64,000 nucleotides of DNA from Allosphingosinicella sp. (GCA_036399655.1 DASWMS010000058.1:19043-83042); one strand, 5' to 3'. Counted from the first letter of the stretch, positions 9,827 through 19,761 are shown. Notes: a model not told the origin generated them from the sequence alone. Program-made: numbers and translations.

Positions 9827-10732
9827 ATGTTCGACCTTACCAATCCGATTTATCACGACGCCAACGCGGCCCGCGAACATCTGGAAGCCTTACATTGGCC
9901 GAACGGCCCGGTTTGCCCGCACTGCGGCGAGGACGAACGCGTTACTAGGTTGACGGCCGCCACGGCGCGCGCCGGGCTCCACAAGTGCAACGCCTGCCGC
10001 AAGCAGTTCACCGTCACCGTTGGAACGATCTTCGAGGATAGCAAGATCGGCCTGAACAAGTGGCTGCTCGGCTTCCGCCTGATGGCCGGATCGAAAAAGG
10101 GCGTCAGCGCCCACCAGCTTCATCGCTCGCTCGGCATCACTTACAAATCGGCGTGGTTCATGGGCCACCGCATCCGCGAGGCGATGAACATTGAAGGCGG
10201 CCCGCTCGGCGGTCCTGACACGGTAGTGGAGGCCGACGAAACCTATGTCGGCGGCAAAGCCCGCAATCGCGCCTTCCGCGCCCCCGCGCCGAAGAAAGCC
10301 GTTGTCGCGCTGGTGGAGCGCGACGGGCGCGTTGCCAGCCAGCATGTTGCGAACGTGACCGCCGCGAACGTGCGCCCGTTGGTCGTTTCGAAGGTGGAGC
10401 GCGCCAGCTACCTCATGACGGACGAAAGCATGATCTACACGCGCATGGGCCGCGAGTTCAGCGGGCACGGCACCGTCAATCACTCGGCTGGCGAGTACGT
10501 CCGCACCGCAGGTTTCCACCATACCAACACGGTCGAGAACTTCTTCTCGATCTTCAAGCGCGGCGTGATCGGCACCTATCACCACATGAGCGAGGCGCAC
10601 CTTGGCCGCTACTGCGCCGAGTTCGATTTCCGCTACAACACCCGCGCGATCGGAGACACCGAGCGCACCGACGCAGCCGTGATTGCCGCGCGCGGCAAGC
10701 GCCTCACCTATCGGCGGCCTCTTGCAGCCTGA
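9827..10732 (+). CDS. IS1595-family DDE transposase
   Basis: Zn ribbon CPHC..CNAC, EADETYVGG, MTDE, HTNTVENFFSIFKR, YCAEFDFRYN. Confidence 0.95.
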   Translation: MFDLTNPIYHDANAAREHLEALHWPNGPVCPHCGEDERVTRLTAATARAGLHKCNACRKQFTVTVGTIFEDSKIGLNKWLLGFRLMAGSKKGVSAHQLHRSLGITYKSAWFMGHRIREAMNIEGGPLGGPDTVVEADETYVGGKARNRAFRAPAPKKAVVALVERDGRVASQHVANVTAANVRPLVVSKVERASYLMTDESMIYTRMGREFSGHGTVNHSAGEYVRTAGFHHTNTVENFFSIFKRGVIGTYHHMSEAHLGRYCAEFDFRYNTRAIGDTERTDAAVIAARGKRLTYRRPLAA

Positions 10733-11003
10733 AAAGGCGCAACCGCCGCGCCGGCCCGGTACGCCGCGCAAGCGATATTATTAGGGCTGGCCCGCTTACC
10801 AGCTGACGGCTAATCAGGCCGCGCAGTCCCGATCTTAGTCGTGAGGGGCCGCCCGCATCTGCGGCGAGCATAGGGTCCTCGACTACGGTCGGGCGGCCTG
10901 CCGAATACAATACCTCCGGGAAATACGCAGGGCGCGTGTTCCTATGCTCACGCGGACTAACCGCCCCGACTGTCGGGGCGGAGCGGCAAGCATAGGAACG
11001 TCT

Positions 11004-11249
11004 ATGCGTGTTATCGCGCTTGCTGCCGTGTGCGGCCTCGCCGCCGCGTGCTCAAACCAAACATCTGAAGCCGAACGGAAATACAGGATGGCTGAGCGGG
11101 CCGGTGAAAGCCCGGCTGAGCTATGTCAACGCGCGCGGGAGGTTGCGGAAGCTTATCTCAATGCGAACCGGGATCTGGAATACCGAACCTGGAGCGCCAC
11201 GGCGGGCCTCAAGTGCAACCAGGCGCTGCTGGACGGGCTTGCGCCCTAG
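11004..11249 (+). CDS. IS passenger: small predicted lipoprotein
   Basis: MRVIALAAVCGLAAAC lipobox; 81 aa with two further Cys; AGGA RBS. Confidence 0.6.
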   Translation: MRVIALAAVCGLAAACSNQTSEAERKYRMAERAGESPAELCQRAREVAEAYLNANRDLEYRTWSATAGLKCNQALLDGLAP

Positions 11250-11386
11250 ATCAGCCGGGCAGTCTGGACTCGCCGTCCGCGGCCCGGCTAGGCCCCTGCT
11301 TTTTAGCGGGGGTGCGCAGGGCCTTGCGAAGCCCGGCCTCCATCCGCCGCTCAATTTCTTCCGGTGGGGACGGCTCGGCAACTGCC

Positions 11387-11971
11387 ATGACGAAATCCTC
11401 CGATCTGAGCGGCCTCCTGCTGGCCATGGGCGTCGGAACCGCGCTATCATCTTGGGCGGGCTTCGAGGTCCGTCTTACCCACCTTTACGCCGTCCTAACG
11501 GACATGCCCGATCAGGCCAAGGCCTGTGCGGTGTTCGACACCATCATCAGCTTCGAAGTCCGGTTGGCCCTGTGCAATCGGCTGATGGAAGCGGAGGCCT
11601 GTAGCGAGCTGGAGAAGGCGGTGTGGCGGGCCTTCAAGCTGCGCGCCGAGAAGCTCTACAAGAAGCGGCACGGCATCGCTCATTTCAGCATTGTCGAGGC
11701 AACCGGCAAGCGCGGCAAAAAGACGGTGCATCTGTCGCCCTTCCTATCGCAATCGAGGCTTGCCGAAGGTCGCGCCAGCCTGCTGTCCGCGAAGGATTTG
11801 AAGCGCCGCTCGGATGAGTTCGATGAGCTAAGGGAGGCTATAGTGTGGTTTTGGGCTCAAGCTCGAAATAGACGCGGATTGCTGTCAGAACCTGACCAGC
11901 CAAGCTCTCCGCCCCCCCTGCTGCTTCGGCTTGAAGCGACAGTATCCCAGACTCTGAAATCTCCTCGGTGA
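11387..11971 (+). CDS. IS passenger: HEPN-like protein
   Basis: 194 aa, helical; WAGFE N-terminal motif and KKRHGIAH (R-x4-H) motif. Confidence 0.55.
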   Translation: MTKSSDLSGLLLAMGVGTALSSWAGFEVRLTHLYAVLTDMPDQAKACAVFDTIISFEVRLALCNRLMEAEACSELEKAVWRAFKLRAEKLYKKRHGIAHFSIVEATGKRGKKTVHLSPFLSQSRLAEGRASLLSAKDLKRRSDEFDELREAIVWFWAQARNRRGLLSEPDQPSSPPPLLLRLEATVSQTLKSPR

Positions 11972-12079
11972 TCGCCGCGAATAGCGGCGTGTCGGGATAG
12001 AACTGGGTTGCGTCGATAGCGCCGGCCTGTCCATCCTCGGTTTGCATCTGGCACCTGTTTCGTCAAGTATATAATTGCC

Positions 12080-12724
12080 GATGCGGCGGCTCGCGAGCCG
12101 ATCGTACAGAACAGCGCATCCGAACGCGCGCGCCGCGACGAGCTTCGACGGCTCCACGAAACGTTCGAGACTCTCCTCGATCTCGCGGATCGCATCGGCA
12201 CTTATATCGACAGGGAGAGGGTGCTCACGAGCGGTGAGAGGAAAATTGCGGCATCTATATTCGGCGACGCGTCGACATTCAGAAACGCCACCATCGCACT
12301 CAGAAGGAATTCAGCGCTGCAGAGCCACAATCTCGTCCTGACCTTCAATGAACGTATCTATGTACGGCCCTCCGCGGGGCTGTGGAGCGAGGATTACGCT
12401 GCCGAGGGCCCGCCTGTACAAGGGATGTTTGTCCACCAGCTCGCGCACGTCTGGCAATTCAAGCAGCTCGGCCGGTGGCGGTTCCTCATCAATTACTTGA
12501 GAGATCTCGCACGGTGCGGGTACAATCAGAGAGCGATGTATCATTACGCGCCCGGCATTACGCTGTTCCATGAGGCAACGCTCGAGGCGCAGGCCCAGAT
12601 GCTTGGCGACCTGCGCGTGGCGCGGCTCACCAGCTCCAGGGAGCGGGCAGAACAGATCGAGGCGAGCCTAACGGGAACGCGCTTTCCGACCTCGTCAGTG
12701 CTCAGCCCTTCGCGCACGCCCTGA
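12080..12724 (+). pseudogene. 3' part of IS-split gene; HExxH-paralog domain with HQLAH
   Basis: Open frame from TSD through 12724, in frame with 9400 fragment; LTSGE, WSEDYA, MFVHQLAHVWQ, ATLEAQA resemble 8799-9287. GTG at 12221 has its own RBS-like sequence and may still be translated. Confidence 0.75.
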
Positions 12725-14366
12725 TCTTCGAGATCGTCGTCGCTGATGTGATCTGCTCCACGTCCGTCCTGAGGTGGAGGAGCCTCACGCCGCGCTCCGC
12801 CTGCGCCCGCGCCAGAGCCGGCGCGAAATCCTCGGTGCGCTCCACCGTCTCCGCCCAGCCGCCGTACGCGCGCGCCAGAGCCGCGAAATCGGGGCTGCGC
12901 AGCGACGTTCCGGAGATGCGCTCGGGATATTCCCGCTCCTGGTGCATGCGGATCGTGCCGTAGCTCGCATTGTCGACGACGATGACGAGCATGTCGGCGC
13001 CGTGCTGGACGGCGGTGGCGAGCTCCTGGCCGTTCATCAGGAAATCGCCGTCGCCCGCCACCGCGATGGCCTGGCGGCCGGGGAAGCGCAAAGCCGCGGC
13101 GACGGCGGCGGGGACTCCGTAGCCCATCGATCCGTTGGTCGGCGCGAGCTGGGAGGGCATCGCCCCGTACCGCCAGAAACGGTGCCACCAGCCCGAGAAA
13201 TTGCCCGCGCCGTTGCAGATGATCGCATCCTGGGCGCCGACCGCTTCGCGCATCGCCGCGACGCACTCGCCGAGGTCGAGCGCGGCGGCGGTCGGCTGCG
13301 GAGTCGTCCAGGCCTCATAGTCGCGGTGCGCTTCGGGGCCGGACGAGAAGGTCACGATCTCGTCCGTCTCCCAGGCGGCGGCGAGCTCGGCGAACTCGCG
13401 CATGTCGGCGCAGATCGGAAGATCGGTGCGGTAGACCCGGCCGAGCTCCTCGGGATCCGGATGGACGTGGACCAGGATCTGGTCACGATGGTCGGGGGTG
13501 ACGAGCGTATAGCCGTCGGTCGTCGCCTCGCCGAGGCGGGCGCCGACGACGAGGAGGAGGTCCGCTTCCTTGACGCGCTGGACGAGCTTCGGGTTCGGTC
13601 CGTAGCCGAGATTGCCGGCATAGACCGGGCTTTCGTTGGGAAAGCTGTCCTGGCGCCGGAACGCCGCCGCCACCGGCAGGCCGATACGCTGTGCGAACTC
13701 CGCGAAATAATGCGCCGTCCCCGCGCACCAGCCCGCCCCGCCGACGATCGCGATGGGCGCGCAGGCGTCCTTCAGCATGTTCATCAAGGCCGCGACCGCC
13801 ATCGGATCGGCCGGCTGGCAGAAGCGCGCCGCCTTCGGCCGGTCGACAGCTTCCACTTCGTCGCGCAGCATGTCCTCGGGCAGCACCAGCACCACCGGGC
13901 CCGGCCGCCCCGCCGTCGCCGTCGCAAAGGCGCGGGCGACATATTCCGGAATCCGCCGCGCATCCTCGATCCGCGCCGTCCACTTCGTGAGCGGCGCGAA
14001 CATCGTCAGGAAATCGACCTCCTGGAAGCCCTCGCGGTCCCGGTCGCCGCGCGCGACGTCGCCGACGAACAGGATCATCGGCGTCGAATCCTGATGCGCG
14101 ACATGGACCCCGACAGACGCGTTGGTCGCGCCCGGCCCGCGCGTCACGAAGGCGATCCCCGGCCGCCCCGTCATCTTCCCGTCCGCTTCCGCCATGTAGG
14201 CGACGCCGCCTTCATGCCGGCAGACGACGAGGTCGATCTCCTTCGTGTCGTGCAGCGCGTCGAGCACCGCGAGATAGCTTTCCCCCGGCACGCAGAAGAT
14301 CCGGTCGCACCCCTGCGCTACGAGATTGTCGACGAGTATCCGGCCGCCGGTCCTGAGGTTCGTCAT
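12702..14366 (-). CDS. Thiamine-pyrophosphate-binding enzyme (acetolactate synthase-like)
   Basis: FCVPGESYL, RHEGG, TRGPGATN, GSMGYG, GDGDFLMNGQELATA..DN. Confidence 0.93.
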   Translation of the reverse strand: MTNLRTGGRILVDNLVAQGCDRIFCVPGESYLAVLDALHDTKEIDLVVCRHEGGVAYMAEADGKMTGRPGIAFVTRGPGATNASVGVHVAHQDSTPMILFVGDVARGDRDREGFQEVDFLTMFAPLTKWTARIEDARRIPEYVARAFATATAGRPGPVVLVLPEDMLRDEVEAVDRPKAARFCQPADPMAVAALMNMLKDACAPIAIVGGAGWCAGTAHYFAEFAQRIGLPVAAAFRRQDSFPNESPVYAGNLGYGPNPKLVQRVKEADLLLVVGARLGEATTDGYTLVTPDHRDQILVHVHPDPEELGRVYRTDLPICADMREFAELAAAWETDEIVTFSSGPEAHRDYEAWTTPQPTAAALDLGECVAAMREAVGAQDAIICNGAGNFSGWWHRFWRYGAMPSQLAPTNGSMGYGVPAAVAAALRFPGRQAIAVAGDGDFLMNGQELATAVQHGADMLVIVVDNASYGTIRMHQEREYPERISGTSLRSPDFAALARAYGGWAETVERTEDFAPALARAQAERGVRLLHLRTDVEQITSATTISKIRACAKG

Positions 14367-14500
14367 GCGCCGCCGACTAATGAACCACGCCCCGGCTGTC
14401 GAGCCGCGGACCGCTTACTGACTCCCGTGTCAGCCTTGACCTGACGTGCGCGTAAAGTAGGGAAGGCGCTCTCATGCGTCTGAACGGAGCGACGAACACC

Positions 14501-14803
14501 ATGAACAAGACCGAGATGGCGGCAGCCTTGAAGGAGCGCAGCGCCTGGCTTCCGGGCAAGCGCGTGAAGCTGGACTTCGGCGGCGAGCAGGGCGTGATCC
14601 TGCTCGACGGCGCCGGCCAGGACGTGACCGAGGAAGACGGGCCTGCCGACACGACGATCAAGGTCGCCTGGGAAGACTGGGAAGCGATGCGCGACGGCAA
14701 GCTCGACGGCATGACCGCCTTCATGCAGGGCAAGCTGAAGGTCGAGGGCGACATGTCCAACGCCATGCAGCTCCAGGGCGTCCTCGCGAAGCTCAAGGGC
14801 TGA
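14501..14803 (+). CDS. SCP2 sterol/lipid-binding domain protein
   Basis: ADTTIKV..D..AM..GKLDGMTAFMQGKLKVEGDMSNAMQL. Confidence 0.92.
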   Translation: MNKTEMAAALKERSAWLPGKRVKLDFGGEQGVILLDGAGQDVTEEDGPADTTIKVAWEDWEAMRDGKLDGMTAFMQGKLKVEGDMSNAMQLQGVLAKLKG

Positions 14804-14826
14804 GCGGGGGAAGGGCGAAGAAGAAG

Positions 14827-14960
14827 GGCAGGGCTTCGACAGGCTCAGCCCGAACGGGTTGTGGGTCTCGAACTCCTCTGGTGACCTCCGCGGATTGGCG
14901 CGCCCACTCCCCTCTTTCAAGAACACCGTTCGGGCTGAGCTCGTCGAAGCCCTGTCCTTC
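14827..14960. repeat. REP-like palindrome (CTTCGACAGGCTCAGCCCGAACGG family)
   Basis: gggcttcgacaggctcagcccgaacggg...ccgttcgggctgagctcgtcgaagccc. Confidence 0.8.
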
Positions 14961-15028
14961 TTTCTGATTTGGAAACGGGAAGCCAGTCGTTCGAAGCCCG
15001 GTTTGCAGCACTCTGAACCCCAAACACG

Positions 15029-15063
15029 AAAAAGGCCCCGGCGATTGCTCGCCGGGGCCTTTT
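15029..15063. terminator. Bidirectional intrinsic terminator
   Basis: aaaaaggccccggcga-ttgc-tcgccggggcctttt between convergent genes. Confidence 0.85.
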
Positions 15064-15107
15064 CCTTGCCTTGTGCGCGGGCTGACGATCCGCGCGAGGG
15101 CGAATGC

Positions 15108-15335
15108 TTAGCGCGCGCCGCGGTCGTCGCCGACGCTGCCTTCCTTGCCGCCGCCGGTCTTGCCGGAACCGCCCGGCGCGGCGAGGTTGGCGTCGGCGCC
15201 GTTGCCGAAGCCGTTATTGCCCTTGCGCTGGCGGGTGGTCGGCGTGGTCGGGCAGCCGCACGGATCGGACGGGGGGGTCGGCGAGCTGCCGGCGCCAGTG
15301 ACGAAACCGAGTTCGAAAGTGTGAAGATCGCGCAT
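15108..15335 (-). CDS. Small peptide with double-glycine-like leader (candidate secreted/RiPP precursor)
   Basis: Strong AGGAGG RBS; 75 aa MRDLHTFELGFVTGAG-SSPTPPSDPCGCPTTPTT..KGNNGFGNG..; terminator downstream. Confidence 0.65.
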   Translation of the reverse strand: MRDLHTFELGFVTGAGSSPTPPSDPCGCPTTPTTRQRKGNNGFGNGADANLAAPGGSGKTGGGKEGSVGDDRGAR

Positions 15336-15448
15336 GGTGTAAGCCTCCTGTTGCGGGCCTTGGACGGGGCGGCCCTGAACCTGTTTCATCCCCGTTTGCA
15401 TGGGGTGAAAACCGGGCTGACACCGCTTCGCTCCGGGCACAATGGGGC

Positions 15449-15474
15449 AAAAAAGGCCAGTCCCGAAGTGGGAC
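15449..15474 (-). terminator. Candidate terminator after 2OG-Fe(II) oxygenase
   Basis: Minus strand gtccc-acttc-gggac hairpin then tggcc-tttttt. Confidence 0.5.
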
Positions 15475-15511
15475 GGGGAGGCGTTTCGGGTTAATCCGCG
15501 GGAGGCAGGGG

Positions 15512-16255
15512 TCAGCGTTCGCTGCGCAGCCACCCGGTGATCGCAAAACGGCGGTGGGGCGCGGCTTTCGTCACCATCGAGACGCTGTGCTGCTGCGGCA
15601 CGCGGAAGAGATCGAGCACGTTGAAGCGCGGCACGTTGCCGGAAACGGTGCGGTCGTGGGCGCCGTGGAAAAGCAGCAGGCCGCCATATTCGAGCCGCCA
15701 GTAAGGCGTCAGGCCGTAGACGTAGGCCGCGAGTCGCCCCTTGCCGGCGACGTCGTCGTCATGGCCGGTCAGGAAGTCGCCGTGGCCGTAGGCGGTCGCC
15801 TGGCCGTCGGTGAAGGCGAGTTCGTCATGGCCGGTGACGTCGCGCAGGAATGCGAGCAACTCGGCGCTCTGCATGAAGCGCGCGAAATCGGCGAGCGGAT
15901 CGTCGCGCAGCGCCTGCTCGGCCGCGTTCACCCGCACCGCCTCGTAGCGATACTGGAAATGATCCTTCACACGCGCATGCGCCGCGTCCTCGATCGCCGC
16001 CCATTCCCCGGGCGGAAGCGCGGCCTTCGCGGCCGGGTCGAGCTCGAGGATGCCCGAATCGCCGTTGATCAGGTGGATCCAGTCGGAGCGTTCGTTGAGA
16101 TGCTCGTAAAGTTGCACCGCCCCGTCCTCGAGCAGCCCGTAGACGCGCACCCGTCCCGCTTCCTCATATTCCCGCCGCAGCGCCGCCCGATCGAGCTCGG
16201 AATTGATGCGGTAGGGGGTGCGGAACGCCGCCTCGTGCTTGAGCTGCTGGAGCAT
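15512..16255 (-). CDS. 2OG-Fe(II) oxygenase (prolyl-hydroxylase-like)
   Basis: FLTGHDD (HxD), WRLEYGGLL, PRFNVL, QHSVS (distal His), RFAITGW; start set at MLQQ with GAGG RBS. Confidence 0.88.
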   Translation of the reverse strand: MLQQLKHEAAFRTPYRINSELDRAALRREYEEAGRVRVYGLLEDGAVQLYEHLNERSDWIHLINGDSGILELDPAAKAALPPGEWAAIEDAAHARVKDHFQYRYEAVRVNAAEQALRDDPLADFARFMQSAELLAFLRDVTGHDELAFTDGQATAYGHGDFLTGHDDDVAGKGRLAAYVYGLTPYWRLEYGGLLLFHGAHDRTVSGNVPRFNVLDLFRVPQQHSVSMVTKAAPHRRFAITGWLRSER

Positions 16256-16314
16256 GGTCGGTGCCTCTTGGTTCGCGCGCAGCGTAGCAGGCGCCGGTTG
16301 CGAGGCCGTTAAAC

Positions 16315-16484
16315 CCCTCTCCCCTTGCGGGAGAGGGAGGGGCCCGCGATGCGGAGCATCGTGGGAGGGTGAGGGCATGACGAAGGGGCCCCGCACCGCC
16401 GCCGACGCGAACCCGCACCCTTCGTTCCCTCACCCTCCCACCGCCTGCGGCGGCGGGCCCCTCCCTCTCCCGAAATGGGAGAGA
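16315..16484. repeat. Intergenic palindromic repeat (CCCTCCCC family)
   Basis: ccctctcccccttgcgggagagggaggg...ccctccctctcccgaaatgggagagg. Confidence 0.6.
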
Positions 16485-16573
16485 GGCAAGAAGTTGAAGC
16501 CTCATTCAGGTTAGCTTGACCCGTTCCGGCGCGCGCCGTATCGGCTGGGCCGCATCTTTCCAGCGGAGCGGCC

Positions 16574-17281
16574 ATGAAGAAGATCTATCCCGATGCCGAT
16601 GCGGCGCTCGACGGGCTGCTGTTCGACGGCATGACGATCTGCGCCGGAGGCTTCGGCCTCTGCGGCATTCCCGAGCGCCTCATCGACTCGATCCAGCGCA
16701 GCGGCGTCAAGAACCTCACCATCGCGTCCAACAATGCCGGCATCGACAATGAGGGCCTGGGCAAGCTGCTGCGCTCCCGCCAAGTCGCCAAGATGATCTC
16801 CTCCTACGTCGGCGAGAACAAGGAGTTCGAGCGGCAGTATCTCGCCGGCGAGCTCGAGGTCGAATTCTGCCCCCAGGGCACGCTCGCCGAGCGTTGCCGC
16901 GCGGGCGGCGCGGGCATTCCCGGCTTCTACACCAAGACCGGCGTCGGCACGGTCGTCGCGGAAGGCAAGGAGCATAAGGAGTTCGACGGCGAGACCTACA
17001 TCCTCGAGCGCGGCATTCGCGCCGACCTCTCGATCGTCAAGGGCTGGAAGGCGGACGAAGCCGGCAACCTCGTCTTCCGCAAGACCGCGCGCAACTTCAA
17101 CCAGCCGATGGCGACGGCGGGCCGCGTCTGCGTCGTCGAAGTGGAGGAGATCGTCCCGGTCGGCAGCCTCGACCCGGACGGCATCCATCTCCCCTCGATC
17201 TACGTGAAGCGCATGATCCTCGGCGCCCCCTACGACAAGAAGATCGAGTTTCGAATGACGAGGCAGCGGGAGACGGCGTGA
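16574..17281 (+). CDS. scoA: 3-oxoacid CoA-transferase subunit A
   Basis: [43 protein letters not shown]. Confidence 0.93.
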   Translation: MKKIYPDADAALDGLLFDGMTICAGGFGLCGIPERLIDSIQRSGVKNLTIASNNAGIDNEGLGKLLRSRQVAKMISSYVGENKEFERQYLAGELEVEFCPQGTLAERCRAGGAGIPGFYTKTGVGTVVAEGKEHKEFDGETYILERGIRADLSIVKGWKADEAGNLVFRKTARNFNQPMATAGRVCVVEVEEIVPVGSLDPDGIHLPSIYVKRMILGAPYDKKIEFRMTRQRETA

Positions 17282-17826
17282 GGTTCAGGGCGTTCCACGA
17301 GCTCTTCCGTTGGGATGAACGGCAAATCTTCATTTCCCTTGAGGGTTTGAAGATGCGCGGAAACCATCCGGACGAGGCTTGGGGACCGATCCTGGCGAGT
17401 CTCAAGCCGCATCCCGTCGCCCCGCCCGTATGGGTGCGCCTCAGCGACAGCGCCATCGCGCTTCAGCCGGCGAAAAGCGCGGATCAACTGGAACTCGGCG
17501 CGATCGTGTTCGGCCTCCCGGATTGGCGCATCTCGAACCAGCGCGACGTGATCGACCCGACATTGCCGTTTCGCCTGCGCCCGGTTCTGGGGCGGGATGC
17601 CTTTACCAAGGCGAACAGCTGGCGGCGGCGGGTTTACGAGGTGCCCCTGATCATCAGGCGCGACGATCAGCGTTACGTCGCCGGGTGGGACGGCTTCCAC
17701 GCTGCCCTCGCGGAGGATCCCGACAGGCGCTACGAGGTCGGCGAGTTGCGGAGCCTCGGCGAGAAGGCGGTCGGCGCCACGCTCGCCGGCAAGGAAGCAC
17801 AAGATTTCTGGTTGGCTAGAAGGTAG
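17278..17826 (+). CDS. Hypothetical protein between scoA and scoB
   Basis: 182 aa; GTG start overlaps scoA stop (GTGA); no recognised motif. Confidence 0.65.
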   Translation: MRFRAFHELFRWDERQIFISLEGLKMRGNHPDEAWGPILASLKPHPVAPPVWVRLSDSAIALQPAKSADQLELGAIVFGLPDWRISNQRDVIDPTLPFRLRPVLGRDAFTKANSWRRRVYEVPLIIRRDDQRYVAGWDGFHAALAEDPDRRYEVGELRSLGEKAVGATLAGKEAQDFWLARR

Positions 17827-17833
17827 GACGAAT

Positions 17834-18469
17834 ATGCCCTGGACACGCGATGAAATGGCCGCGCGGGCCGCGAAGGAGCTGCGCGACGGCTATTACGTCA
17901 ATCTCGGGATCGGCATTCCGACGCTCGTCGCGAACAATATCCCGGAAGGGATGGAGGTGACGCTCCAGTCCGAAAACGGGATGCTCGGCATCGGCCCGTT
18001 CCCTTATGAAGACGAGATCGATCCGGACCTCATCAATGCGGGCAAGCAGACCATCTCCGAGCTGCCCTCGTCGAGCTATTTCGGCTCCGAGCAGAGCTTC
18101 GCGATGATCCGCGGCGGTCATATCGACCTCACCGTCCTCGGCGCGATGGAGGTTTCCGAAAAGGGCGACATCGCGAACTGGATGATCCCCGGCAAGATGA
18201 TCAAGGGCATGGGCGGCGCCATGGATCTTGTCGCCGGCGTCAAGAAGATCATCGTCGTCATGGAGCACACGTCCAAGAACGGCGATCCGAAGTTCATCCC
18301 CGCCTGCACTCTGCCGCTCACCGGCCAGAACGTGGTCGACATGATCGTCACCGATCTCTGCGTCTTTCAGCGCCCCGATCACGACAGCGCTTTCCGGCTC
18401 GTCGAGCTGGCGCCGGGAGTCACCGCGGAGGAAGTCGCGGCCAAGACGACGGCGCATTACGAAGCCTGA
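17834..18469 (+). CDS. scoB: 3-oxoacid CoA-transferase subunit B
   Basis: [16 protein letters not shown] (catalytic Glu), [18 protein letters not shown]. Confidence 0.95.
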   Translation: MPWTRDEMAARAAKELRDGYYVNLGIGIPTLVANNIPEGMEVTLQSENGMLGIGPFPYEDEIDPDLINAGKQTISELPSSSYFGSEQSFAMIRGGHIDLTVLGAMEVSEKGDIANWMIPGKMIKGMGGAMDLVAGVKKIIVVMEHTSKNGDPKFIPACTLPLTGQNVVDMIVTDLCVFQRPDHDSAFRLVELAPGVTAEEVAAKTTAHYEA

Positions 18470-18588
18470 TCTTCATTCGACATTGCGGCTTCGCCATATT
18501 CTGTTAGCCTGACCTCTCGCGGCCCGCTCCGGCGGCCGCGTTTACATCGCCGCGGAGGCATCTCCTCTCGCGAACATGGAGGGGGGCC

Positions 18589-19704
18589 ATGGCTGACCAC
18601 AATGTGGAACATGTGAAGCTCGGCGGCACGGATCGTTCCGGCTACGACGTCACCTGCATCTATGCGCTCAATCCGCCCGAATATGCCGTCTACGGCACGA
18701 AGATCCGCACCTCGATCCAGTACGCCGACGATCCGGTGCTCGCGAAGGAGCAGCGAACGGCGATGTCGGTCTGCAGCCCGCTTCGCGGCCAGATCAACGG
18801 CCTGATCGACGGCTGGCGCGGTGACGGACGACGCGCGCGCAGCCACCGCGTCGCCGATTACGACCGCCGCGTCGCCGACGCCCTCGTCACGGGCTTCGAA
18901 GGCAGCATCTCCAATACGCTCAGCCTCTTGACGGAGATCCGCAACGACATCGTCGCGGAGCGGCGCTCACTGGCGCAGAGCGACTATCTGCTGACGGCGG
19001 TAATAACCGTCGCGGCGCTGCTGATGCTGTTCGCCGGCGTGCGCGCGGGCATCGGCGATACGGACTATGCGAACCCCGCCTGGAATGCGGCGCTGACCGG
19101 CGCGTCGGGCGGAACGCTGGGCGCCTTCTTCTCGATCGCCGTCGGCATGCGCAGCCGCACCGTCCTCGTCGACATCCAGAAGTGGGACAACCGGCGCGAC
19201 GCGATCCTGCGCGTCCTCGTGGGGACGATCGGCGGCGGCATCCTCATCTGCCTGCTCCTCACCAAGCTCGTGACGGTGCTCGGCCTCGACGTCACCCAGG
19301 ACCAGGGGCTGGGCGCCCTCAAGGCCCTGGTGATCGGCTTCCTCGCCGGCTTCTCCGAGCGCGCAGTGCCCGACATCCTGGCCAAGGCGAGTCTGGCGAC
19401 GGACGCGGCGACCGGCGAGAATGCGACCGACGTCGCCGCCGACCAGGCGCGCGCCCACGCCTCCGCCGCCGAAGACGTGCAGGACGGCGCCCCGGGCACA
19501 CGCCAGGGCACCGTCGTGGTGGTCGGCGCCCCTGCCAACGACGAGACCGCTCCGGTGGGGCAGGGCGCCCTCGAACCGGCGGAAGCCGATGCCGCCGGCG
19601 GCTCGAGCGAGGTGGCGGAAACGGCGGCCGGCGATCCCGCTCCGCAGGACGCCGGGGACCCTCCGCAGGGCGGTATGCCGCCGGATCCCGACGCTCCCCG
19701 CTAG
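18589..19704 (+). CDS. Hypothetical multi-pass membrane protein with acidic disordered tail
   Basis: About 4 hydrophobic helices; GGTLGAFFS and GFLAGFSER motifs; Ala/Asp/Pro-rich C-terminus. Confidence 0.7.
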   Translation: MADHNVEHVKLGGTDRSGYDVTCIYALNPPEYAVYGTKIRTSIQYADDPVLAKEQRTAMSVCSPLRGQINGLIDGWRGDGRRARSHRVADYDRRVADALVTGFEGSISNTLSLLTEIRNDIVAERRSLAQSDYLLTAVITVAALLMLFAGVRAGIGDTDYANPAWNAALTGASGGTLGAFFSIAVGMRSRTVLVDIQKWDNRRDAILRVLVGTIGGGILICLLLTKLVTVLGLDVTQDQGLGALKALVIGFLAGFSERAVPDILAKASLATDAATGENATDVAADQARAHASAAEDVQDGAPGTRQGTVVVVGAPANDETAPVGQGALEPAEADAAGGSSEVAETAAGDPAPQDAGDPPQGGMPPDPDAPR

Positions 19705-19761
19705 CGGCGCGCCCGACATGGCGTTAGTGGTGGCGCCCGCCTTGCGCTCAATGGGGGTGTC

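Larger units (their letters stand above)
9762..12079 (+). mobile_element. IS1595-family element (2318 bp) with passenger genes
   Basis: Perfect 24-bp TIRs ggcaattatatacttgacgaaaca (9762-9785) / tgtttcgtcaagtatataattgcc (12056-12079); 8-bp direct repeat gatgcggc at 9754-9761 and 12080-12087. Confidence 0.95.

Noticed and set aside
9762-9948. C-terminal part of track ORF 9400-9948
   Set aside because: Read-through into the IS left end, not native coding sequence
11838-12047. 69-aa minus-strand ORF at the IS right end
   Set aside because: Overlaps the HEPN-like gene by 134 nt; no RBS or motif recognised; not excluded but unsupported
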